A DNA stretch of 64,000 nt from positions 11,904,001-11,968,000 of the forward strand of contig CAIIXF020000001.1 of NCBI GenBank assembly GCA_903813345.2, in the 5' to 3' direction. Below the pieces are notes generated by a model. That model worked only from the letters and a program-made list of their open reading frames with translations. It did no database searches and was not told the DNA's origin. Shown piece after piece: positions 1 through 11,700 of this stretch. The first letter of the stretch is position 1, and each line of letters begins with the position of its first letter. The DNA comes from Owenia fusiformis. Lineage: Eukaryota. Position numbers and translations under genes: made by a program.

Positions 1-85
1 TTGTATTACATGAGAAATTTCGTTGCATGGGGGATTATATTATGATTCAAAATAAACAGTAAAACAAAATCTTTTTGTCTTGCAG

Positions 86-283
86 TTAAATGACAACAAT
101 GTTTCACAATGGGAGAATATTCTGCACCTGAAACCACTCACCAAACTAGAGACAGTCTATCTAGAACGTAACCCTATCTGGCGTGAAGAAAACAACCCAA
201 CGAAAATTAATGTGAACTATAGACGTAAACTCATGCTTGATTTGCCACAGTTGAAACAAATTGACGCCACCTATTGTAGATAG
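86..283 (+). CDS. PPP1R7: Protein phosphatase 1 regulatory subunit 7 (sds22), last coding exon; rest of gene lies upstream of the window
   Basis: Acceptor tttttgtcttgcag at 72-85, then LNDNNVSQWENILHLKPLTKLETVYLERNP...YRRKLMLDLPQLKQIDATYCR*, matching the sds22 last LRR and LRR-cap (LETVYLERNP..YRRK..LP..QIDAT). Confidence 0.9.
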   Translation, partial: LNDNNVSQWENILHLKPLTKLETVYLERNPIWREENNPTKINVNYRRKLMLDLPQLKQIDATYCR

Positions 284-789
284 TAGTGAAGGTGTTGATG
301 TGGTATGGTACAATCACAGAAAATCAGGTTGATTGTTGACTTGTGACACATTGCTCATTGTTCTGAAGTATTTATTTCATTATGACTGTAATGTAGTGGA
401 ATATGCATATGAGAGAATATTACATGCAGCTGAGTTATTAAGAGGACACTTTTATGATGTTGTGAAAAATTATTTGACATGTGGATGCAGTCAATACTGC
501 CTCTGAAGATTATTCATTGGCCCATTCTAAATGCAAATTTGGATCTTAATATACAAAGGAAGTAATCAGAAGGAATATGAATCATAACACATATACAGAA
601 TGGTATATTTTATAGTCGGATAATGGTTTTATTTGGGACACATTATATAGATGTAAATCATGCACTTCACATATTTAGAGATTTTGCAATTAGAATTGAT
701 TATATCACATTAAATAAATCACACCTGGATATGCTGAAGTGAGCATTTCCCTTGTCAAAAAGAAACAAATTTTCAAGGGGCCATGCATA

Positions 790-1272
790 ACACCCCAGTC
801 ACATTTGTCGTACGGAGGCAGTGCGTCGACCGCAGATCAATTAAATCAGTGTATTTCTGCAGCGAGCGAAGGAAAACTACGCTCACCTTGCAGCCTCCAT
901 ACGGCGTATCCAGTTTTTTAAAGGCCGCAGGGTCGCTGTAGAAATTATAACTCAGAGTTATAATATTTGTTCATTTCTGAGGTCCCCGTAGAACTCAACT
1001 GGCTCAACAAGATTGAATCATTATTTGTGAATGTTTCACGATCACTTTTCATTTGATATTACATCCTAGCACTATTTATAAATTGTCCCGATGTAAATTA
1101 AATGAAAAAAGTATTATTTATCAACAGAAATTTAAAATTCACCATGTGGCTGCCGTCAGAAATGTGACTGCAAAAGTATGAGAGCGCAGAAATTCCACGA
1201 CGAGCGTAGAAATGTAACTGGCCGCAGAAATGATAGATCGCAAGGTCGCTGTAGGAAATGTGACTGGGGTGT
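790..1272. mobile_element. MITE with terminal inverted repeats, downstream of the PPP1R7 stop
   Basis: acaccccagtcacattt (790-806) and aaatgtgactggggtgt (1256-1272) are reverse complements, each flanked by TA; no coding capacity. Confidence 0.75.
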
Positions 1273-2427
1273 TAGTAGTTGAGAGTATACAAAATCTGGG
1301 AATGGTGATAGAAAATCAAGATACCATTTATTTATAGTGAGCACTGTAGAGTGTGCAATGTGTGAAGCAATCTTTTCAAAAATTATACCAATTTTTTGTC
1401 CAAATTATTCTGGGGTTTCAACACAAACAGCTCAATATGATATAAAATATTTTAAATGATTGGTAGTTATACCTCGTTTTGATTCCATGAGACCTCAAGA
1501 AGAATTTGTCATAGAAGGAATACAAGTAATATTCACAATTAATCTGGACAATTTTAAAATAGAGGAGTCCAAAAGGTTTCCAAAAAAGAGGCCATTTTTA
1601 GAAAATGTGCTGACTCTCTGATCTACATTTAGAGCTATTAGGTAGGCTATAGGCAATTTATTAAAAACAAAATGCAATTTTATTCTACATAAATGCTTAC
1701 TTTATTTTCCTCAGCAATGTTTGTAAAACAAATAAAATAAAACATTGATTTTTAAAAATGTTTTCACTTTTCTACTTACTATAATAACAAATCTTTAACA
1801 ATAATCCACACAAAGGGAGTATGTTACGCATCATGTAATTGGATGAATAAATAATACTTCATTGGTCAAATTGTGCAAAGTGTAGTCACGACCAAATAAA
1901 TGCTGGTCCCAAAGGATTTGCCTTGTGATGGTTCAGTATATTTCTCAGCAATAATCTTTTATTATTCCATCTATTTAATGACTATCCAGTGCATTCTTTT
2001 GATTGAATGACGACTTATGTAATCATTTTCCTAGAAAGCTTTTAAAGCTCTCATAAACATTTTAAAATAGGACTTGTTACCCTAGAGTTCAATTTTGATA
2101 CGATCGTAACTTACGATTTTGAGAAAACCATTGTCTACCTTTACACAAACTACACAATGACTTGCGACCAAATCATAAGTTATGACAGTTCCAAAAAAAG
2201 AACCCTTGAATATGCAATTCCTATCAGCTAGTCCCTCTGACAACTACTCTTGATTTCCTGATAAGATCTTAATGATTCAAAATGGATATTTAACTGCCCT
2301 TTATCAGCAATATGTGCAAAGTTTAGAATTTTCTGACTCCATATTTTGACTGATAAAGTTGAGATTGCGCAAAAAAGTTGAGAGTTGGTGTTCCAGTACA
2401 ATGTCCCTAGAACCATCTTACAATATT

Positions 2428-2531
2428 TAATGTGTCTCACAATCTGAAAATCTTCAATGTGTCTCACAATCTGAAAATCTTCAATGTGTCTCGCAATCTG
2501 AAAAATCGTCAATGTGTCTCACAATCTGAAA
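2428..2531. repeat. 27-28-bp minisatellite, about 4 copies, in the probable GMPS 3' UTR
   Basis: aatgtgtctcacaatctgaaaatcttc repeated in tandem; it produces the repetitive ORF 2228..2512. Confidence 0.9.
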
Positions 2532-2725
2532 ATTACTTCACCATCACTTTTGCTTTTGTAAAACCAACATCTTCTGATGTTATCAAATTTTAGGCGTGTC
2601 AAAAATGTTTAGTGGAAACTACATATTAATATCAATAAAATACAGTCAGTCCACTCGGGGTATGGCATTCATAATTGGTCGACTACAACTGACTACTGGA
2701 GATATTTCATTAGAAGCAGTTAGTG

Positions 2726-5700
2726 TTATTCCCACTCAGTGGTCCCAGGTGGTTTGGAAGTGAGGTCATAAAGCACTCGAGATATTCCTGGAATCTTCAT
2801 TACCTCATCTGCCATTTTGAACACAACCTGGAAAAAAACAATCAAAATGCTATAACTGAACATACTTTCATAATAGGTACAAGCATAGACAAATAAGGGC
2901 CCAGGTCAAACACCAATATGTCAATGAACTAATATTTAAGTAAGGGGGTGAAAAATGAAATTAATTTTTTTAATTACTGATATTTAATTAATATTAAGCT
3001 GTGGATTTTCAGATCCGAGAATTTACTTTGATAAATTTTATCAAATTTTTTTCCAAGATTTATCCCACAATGCATCATCACCATGATGAAAATCAATTCT
3101 CAGATCGTACAATGTAAATACCTCTTCTGTTAAATGTTTCCCTGGTTCAGCTGCTATCCCAGTCATAAAATCAGCTGTCATAAATGTCCTTATCACAATT
3201 GACCATTGAGACGAGGGTTGATGTGCGACAGAATCGCGATCAAAATGGATGGGAATCATAATTACAGGCATCTGGCTGATTTTCAGAGTCTCTCTTGCAT
3301 CCATGAGTTGTTTGTTGACGACATGATCAACCTGGCGTAGCGTCCCGAGGACACCTGTTGTCAGGAAGGTTGGGGTGATGTCATTGACAGGATGCATTAT
3401 GGGATTTCCAAAGGTGTAGACAACTCTGGAAATACAAACATTAGAATTATAAGGAGATCAAATATTAAATCTTGTGGGTACTCTTTATATCGCTCACCCT
3501 GTACCTAGGTGGAATACAGAATGGTTAGACAGATATGAGGATTGATGAAAGAAGAACATTTATACTTCCACTAGCAAAGTGTTAAATGGAAAACTTTCTG
3601 TTGTACAAATCTTCCTATATCTATTACCTGATTGATTCAAAAATGAGTGCTATATGTTACACATGCAGATATTGTAGAACCAAAACTCCTTCATACAGCA
3701 GCTTATGTACAGGCAAAGCTTGGTAACCTCAAAAACTTACCTGTTAATATTATGACAAATTCTGGGTATGATTTTGGCAAGTGACAATAGATCCTTCCAA
3801 CAGGGCTCACTATCTGATGACAATGCTACCACATAACTGTATGTGCGACAATCGCCCTACAATAAAATACATTCAGTAATATAATGCATTTAAAGTTTCA
3901 TTTGTCAAAGGTTTGAGTCATGTCAAACTCAGTCATCAGCTACAGTTGGATGATGAGTCAATAATGAGTCAATATGAGTTAATAATGCTGGCTTTCCAAA
4001 AAATGCTCACACATTACTGCTTTAGTCAAACAGTCTATTTATGGAATGTGACTTATACGTTTCGTACGTTTAACTGTTCAAAAACTGTTAACTCACAACT
4101 TTTTACTACACTGATACATCTGCATTGGAAGTAAAATTATTAAAATTTCAGTATAATATGTAACGATAGGGGGGCATTATCTTAAACAAGACATTAACAT
4201 GCAAAATGCCACCACCTGCCATATACATACTCCAAATGCCAACCATCGAACACTGTCCACAAAAAAAGTTGGAGACTTTAACAATATGTCACCACTTGTG
4301 GTAGTAGTGACGTAATAGTTCCGGACTTACCTGTACACCCACTGTTTTGATGGGAAGAAGTGTTGAGATGTAGCTGTTAGCTGAACTAATGCGCATTAAT
4401 TCTGCTTGCTCTTCCTCAGTGGTGCATTCCTTTACACGGGTGAGCAGTGCATGAGGCTAGAAACAGATTGTGCATAAGATTCATGGTGATATCATCAGTG
4501 TAGAACCAAACACTGGTACTAAACAGACCTCAGCATTTGAGGATCCTCACTGAGCTGAACATGCTGCGGAGCTCACTAATACATATAGCCCAGTCCCGCA
4601 AAACATGAGATACTGCCGAGCAAGCTCATGGTATCACAAGGTCTGGTTTAAATACCCATGTTATATGTTTCACAAGTTTTCATATTTGAACAATTATTGA
4701 GCAATTTAGTCATTGAGTTTGAATTCTAGTGACTCAACATCTAAGATGAACCACATTTTGAAAGTGGAAATGCTAGTACTTCATTGATTATTGAATCTAT
4801 CGAATTGTTTATTGAACTAATTAACTGTATACCCTTACCTTTTTTATTGAATTTGAAAAGTCCACTATAATTTTTAATATGATTTTAGTTTCTGCAAAAT
4901 CTTTTTCCCTATATGGTTCTGAGGCACATATCACCCTGATAGCTAGTCCTGGTCCTGAAATGATGGATGAAATATAAATGATCTTAATGACCTTAAATGA
5001 TCTTACACTACTCCATTATGTATTGACTCGTAAAATAGCTCACAGTGATGAATATCACAACTAAGTGACAAACAGTTTAGCTTTTTCTAAAGATAAACTA
5101 GAAAAACAGCAACTCCACGGAGGAGCAAATCCCACCGAACAAAACATATTATGCTTATTATTGCTAGTGTAAATGTTGAAATGTTTGTGCACTTTGTGAT
5201 AGAAGCATGAAATTTAGTTAGTTAGTTTATACCATTGTGAACTAGGCATCATCATATAAAATTTGAACCAAATCTGTTCACTGGTATATGTGTTATCAAA
5301 GATTACGTTTTTTACGAAAATTGGCCGCCATCTTGAAATTCAGCCGCCAACTTGAAAATTATTTCTTGAACAGAGCTACTGTGTCCCTAGGCATAATCAT
5401 ATAAAATTTCAACCGAATCTGTTCACTGGTATTTGAGTTATCAAAGATTACGTTTTTTATGAAAAATTGCCGCCATTTTGAAATTAAGCGGCCATCTTGA
5501 AATATTTTTGTCGAACATAGCTACTGTGTCCCTAAGCATCATCATACAAAATTTGAACCAAATCCGTTCACTGGTATTTGAGTTATCAAAGATTACATAT
5601 TTTTACGAAAAATGGCCGCCATCTTGAAAATCTCTTTTTGTGCGGAACCCCTTTGTCCCTAGGCATCAGCATATAAAATTTGGACCAAATCCGTCAACTT

Positions 5701-8700
5701 GTATTTGAGTTATCAACGATTACATTTTTTAAGAAAAATGGCGGGCATTTTGAATTGAGCGGCCATATTGAAAATTCCTTCTCGAGCAGAGGTCCTACAC
5801 TCATAAGGCATAAGCCTTCGTTCGGTGGGATAATAAAAGACTCAAGGGCTTATCCAAGCTATCATGCTTTGACCTAAGCTGGCAAGTGTTGCAAAACAGC
5901 ATTCTTGGCAAGGGCTTTTGTATTTTCGATCATAATTTAGAAATTGCTAAACAATGGACGATGATGCAGAGAGTAATCTACGACAGCAGACCAACATTCA
6001 ATTAAATTTGTAAATTGTGATGGCTTGCAATTAGGTTTTAAACTGGGTATATTAAAGGTAATAGGTAAAGTCATAGGCAAGGTACAACAAGGTGAGTTTT
6101 TATTTATTAATCTAGTCTACCTAGGTTTCAGCATTTTTGTCAATTGGTTAATTAATGAACTTGTAGAAATAGTGTTACCTGGGAATGGATGTCTTTCCAC
6201 GAGCTCACTCGGTAGACCTAAATCTCGACCAATCTGCCGAACTTCATCTTTGTGGAAATCTTTAAGGGGTTCAACAACTCGTCCTCTTTTTCTTAATTCT
6301 CTAACAAGATCTGTGTCATTGTGATGTGTCTTTATGGCATCTGCTTTGTTACTGGCCAACTCGCTAGCACTCTCAATGAGGTCTGGCCGTAAGGTTCCTA
6401 GACAAACAATTCAAAATTCTTATACTATTAAAATATTTGTACCATGTACCCCATATCTATTTGGCTGGGTATAAATTGCACGATTCAGTGTAATAATTAA
6501 TAAATATAAATGCAGACATACAACCTGCTTTTGCTTGTTAGTATACCACATGGATTATGTCAAACATTATTTGTATTATGCTACTAACAATATTTCAAAC
6601 TATTTAAAATGATTTGATGGCTATACAAAATGCTTTTTTGAAAACAACTGATCATTACCTTGACCCAGGTAGACATCTTCTATTTTTAGATTCAATTCCT
6701 CTACAACTTCATTTGCAACCTAAAATAGTAGATAAAATACGATATGACCAATTTTGTGAATATTGATAATATAACAAGGCATTAACATGCAAAATGTCAC
6801 CACCTTCCATTTGTTACAAATGCTGAACACCAACCAACAAACAACACCAGCAGAACACCATTTACAAAAAAGTTAGAGACTATAACAATATGTCACCACT
6901 TGTGGTGGTGACATAAAAACAACAGATAGCAGCCAGATCAAATCACTGCATAGTACAAGTAAATACTACTTTTATCCTTTCATCAATGATATTACTAGGT
7001 TATTCTATGGGGATGAGGGGTGAAACGATATATTGTTCATAGAAATCAATGTATTTCTGTACCTTCATAAAAGTATCTCCTATGATGTTTCGCTTTTCTT
7101 CCGGACAAGACGTACAATTGAGCATTTTTGTTTTTCTTTTCCGACTAACTGGATCTGATTTGTCTATAGGGATTGAGGTGGTTCCAGTGTAGAAGTCATG
7201 GGAAGCATTTACAACTGAAACAAATAAACATTACATTTGTGTTATATTTAACTTGCATACTAGAGGTGTCAAGTATTAACCGGTTAACCGGTTAACCGCC
7301 GATAATGACTTAACCGGTCTGTGTTTTTATGGGTGGTTAGTTGACCGTGAATAATTCTTTTATTTCCCGCGCTAATATTGCATGCTCATCTGTTTGGTTT
7401 TAAAGTGTCAGTTTCACGTAAGCTTCTCATACATGTCATAAGTCCGATAACTCCTTGCAAACATCCAATCAGCAACTTTAATCCCTGACACATTGCTTTC
7501 CCGAGCTTACTTTGCATGTTAATCTGTTTGTTTTTCAAGTGTCAGTTTCATGTGAGCTACTCATACATGTGATAGTTCCGATCACTCCTTACAAACATCC
7601 AATCAGCATTTTAATCCCTGCCACATTGCTTTCCCGCGCTTACTTTGCATGTTATGCCTGGGTCACATTTTCCCCGATCCATCGGCCGGCGCCCGGCCGA
7701 TTGAGTGTTTTGTTCAATATTGTATTCAATTTTGAACAAAATACTCAATCGGCCGGATGCCGTAGTGAAAATTGGAGCTAATGTGACCAAGGCATTAATC
7801 TGTTTGTTTTTCAAGTGTCAGCCATGTGTAATCAACTCATGTTGCAAAACTATTTCATAAATAAATTATATGCATTTTTTAATTCTTCAGTTTTGTTATT
7901 ATTGTTGTCTATCAACGTCGCCAAAATGTCAAAGGTCAAAGCCTCGCTTTGGTAGTGAGAAAATTAAAATCAAAATAAACACTAATCAGCTGCAATTCTC
8001 GTTGTTATGGTGCGTTCTTGGAGATTCCAAGGGTAAACCAGTGTGGTAATTTAGAGGTACCGGTAGTCAGGTAGTGTATGAATAGAACAGAGTAAAGCTT
8101 GACAAACGTATAAAATAAACGCTGATATATCATCTTTCCAATTTTTTTCAACTTTCAAGATCGAAGATGAAGATTTCATTTGAAATTATCAGTTCAAATT
8201 TCCCGCCGGTTAACCGACTTTAACCGGTAAAAACATCCAGTTAACCGGTTAATGCTCAAGCAGTTAATTGACACCACTATTGCATACCCTCGTAAATATC
8301 GAAAATCTGATACCTTTTAAGAGAGGAAATCAAACTGATATGTTACATCGAGTATTATATTATATTATAATATGCTCTAACATTTTTTGTTATTACTTAA
8401 CACACCAAATTTCCAAAGAAATATTTTTAGAAATATTCAGATCAAGAACTGCTTTTGACAATATGACACATAAGGACAGGATACTTTGTACCACTATTGA
8501 CTTGGTCTCACCTCTTAGTTTGAGTCCTATATTCTCTAGGGACTGTTGGACATGTTTGCTTTCGTGTTTCCTCATAAAACCATTGTCTATATGTACAGCT
8601 ATGACCTGTTCTGGGGTAAGGGCTTTGTGTAATAGTGAAGCACACACAGTGGAATCCACACCTCCACTAACCAACATCTGCAATAAAAGTAGAGTGAAAA

Positions 8701-11700
8701 TGAAGACATTTTATATTCAGTACACAGCCAATCTCCAACAGTACCCTATGGTACTGTAGACTAAAACGGCAAGTTTAAAGGGTCAACAGCTGTAACTCTC
8801 ATTCTAAGTAACCACTAAATATTTTTATTATAATGATATTAGTAACCAACACAAATAATATATTAAAATTTTGAACATTTTAACATTTTCTTTCTTACTG
8901 TTTTATATGACACCCAACATACCAATACTTTACTGTCTTTTACTGTCTTCTTAATATAATCAATACAGACAGCCTCTCGAGAGGACATTGTGTAGCTACC
9001 AGTGAAATGGCAAATCTCAAAAAGGAAGTTTTTCATCATTGCCATGCCATTCTGTGTGAGATCAACCTCTGGGTGGAACTGTACTCCATATAACTGAGCG
9101 CTCTCATTAGCAATTCCTAAAACAGATTGAACACATTTATTGACATTGTTTTTACTTCATGTAAAATTGACAATATGGCCAAGGAATATTCTTAATACTG
9201 AACAAAATATTAAAACTAGAAAAATAGGACGCACGGTCCTGTGCTCACACAGTTTGGAACCTTCAGAGGAATGTATATCCTGACTTTCAAACAAAAATAT
9301 TGATTCGGATTTGTAGTCTCGAACTTTGAGAAACTTAGACAGCACAGTTGTGTGACCTAGTTTGATGACCTTTGACCTTGAACATTTTACTTATTTAGAG
9401 CTCAGTCTTATGTGATTAAGCTGACCAAAATTTACATCCAAAAATCAATTTGAAAAATCAACTTTTTTGACCTTTCAAAGGTCACTGAAGGTCAAGTAAA
9501 GGTCAAATCCTAAAACTAATGTCTGATTTGAACTCCTGGTAACTTGTAGATGATTTTCAAAAAAAATGTGGTCAAATTGAAGAAAGTTGAAAAATATCTT
9601 ATTTTTACTGTTTTTTTACGTCAAATATCTCAAAAACGGTAAAAATTTGATGCTGACATATATTGAGCAATATGTAGGGAATGCTAAATCTAGTTATGAT
9701 GTAATTTATTGCAAGAAATGATCAAATATAAGGTAAACTTTGAGAAACTTGTCAATCACAAAACCTGCCACTGACTTTATACATAAGAAAGTTTCCAAAA
9801 ACAGTAATTCCAAGAGCTTTGAAATCTTCAGAGGACATAAGTTGCATATACAGCAACTACTACAAGTTATTTGAAAGTTCTACTTCAACAAAGTGTCTAG
9901 TATTTACAGAAAATTTGACTTGTTGACGTCAAAATCAGCAATTTCTCGGAAACCGGGGGAACTTGGGAAATGGCGATGATAGGTCAAATAGGCATTACGG
10001 ATATGCATAAAATGACTTTGGATATGACTCAATCCGAATAGCAGTTTTAATTTGTGCGGCCAATGTTGACGGACGGACCAACGAACGGACGGACCAACGG
10101 ACGGACGGACGGACCAACGGACAGACGCCTGGTCGATCCCATAGGCTCACTGTGTGAGCCAAACACAGCAACTTCTCGGAGTAGCAAATCCCACATCATA
10201 AAACATATTTTATCAAGACTTGTATGCCCATAGGGTAAATCTACTGCAGATGAGCCTCAGTTCAAAGATTTCGGCCTTCGTATTTCAGTTTAACATGTTC
10301 TTTCACGAGGAACAAATCTGAGAATATAATCTACCTGCAATTGTTTTGCCAGACATTGCAACAGTCTTGAAGCCATCAGCTACTTTATCTATGCTATCTC
10401 CATGTGTCAGTAGTACAACTTGTTCTTTTGATAGACCCCTAATATAGAAAAAAGAAGACATAAGAAACAATGCAATGTACAACAAGTAGCTGATTGTACA
10501 AAAACAAGTTACACATACCATTATCTGTAATTAGCACTCTAAAAAAAACATCTCCTTCAGACCATTCTAACATTGGATAATAATAATATAAATTCATGAT
10601 TTCCCTGACTCCTGAGCATATTTTGGTATCCTTTAACAATAAGTTGCATAAATATACTGCCTCGCTTTAGGGAACCAGCAGTTATAGACATTTACCTGTA
10701 GAGTAGACATGTAGGATCTACTGTTATGTCAAACTGGCCATCTTCTCTCTGTCTCTTTTGTTCTACTTTTCCATTGAACTCATGATTCATCAACTAGTGT
10801 ACAAGACAACATCGTGTTACATACATACAGGACATCAGTGATAAATACAACATGGAAATATATCTACATTGGTGGCAGGGGTGGGTGAAGTGTTTGTGGC
10901 AGAGGTTGATGTAGGCCAGGTTGGGCCATACTATTATGGTCACAACAATTCAATTCTTGGGAAGTTGACTGTCAGAGCCCTATATTGGTTGCAACTGTAA
11001 TAAAGCTCACAGACCCGTTCTTGACTTGGGGAGGAGAAATTATCACTATCAGTGACTGATCAGGTAATTGGTCAAGGACAGGTCACATGACAAAAAAAAC
11101 ATTTCCCTGTAAAGCTTACTGTGTATTGGCTGACACAAGAACCTACAAATTGTTTTTTAATATCCCATCTTCAGAACAAGGACCATTGAAAATTAGGCCT
11201 CATTTTTTGGGGATAATCTGTTCAAGGTGTTCCCTGAATTGATCATCATACTGTTCATACTGATCATTGTTAGCTCTTAAATGCTTATGATATGACACAA
11301 TTAACAAAATGGCCTTATCTATATATTTCCAACATAGTTCAAAAAGGGATGTGATGTTAAACATATATTAAACTTTGAATGGCCTTATCTGTATATTTCC
11401 AACACAGTTCAAAAAGGGATGTGATGTTAAACATATATTAAACTTTGAATGGTCATATCTGTATATTTTCACAACATAGTTCAAAAAGGGATGTGATGTT
11501 GATCATATAATAAACTTTGAATGGCCTTATCTGTATATTTCCAACATAGTTCAAAAAGGGATGTGATGTTAAACATATATTAAACTTTGAATGGTCATAT
11601 CTGCATATTTTCACAACATGGTTCAAATCACAAATTACGACAATGTGTAGGCAGGGTGTGTGTCATCAGACATCATGCGGCACCTACTTAAACAAATTCA

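Noticed and set aside
8268-8759. 163-aa plus-strand ORF
   Set aside because: Antisense to a GMPS exon and starts in a MITE terminus.
11166-11254. Possible intronic box C/D snoRNA on the minus strand (ATGATGA ... CTGA)
   Set aside because: No convincing terminal stem and no rRNA or snRNA complementarity I could recognise; a snoscan or Infernal search would be needed.
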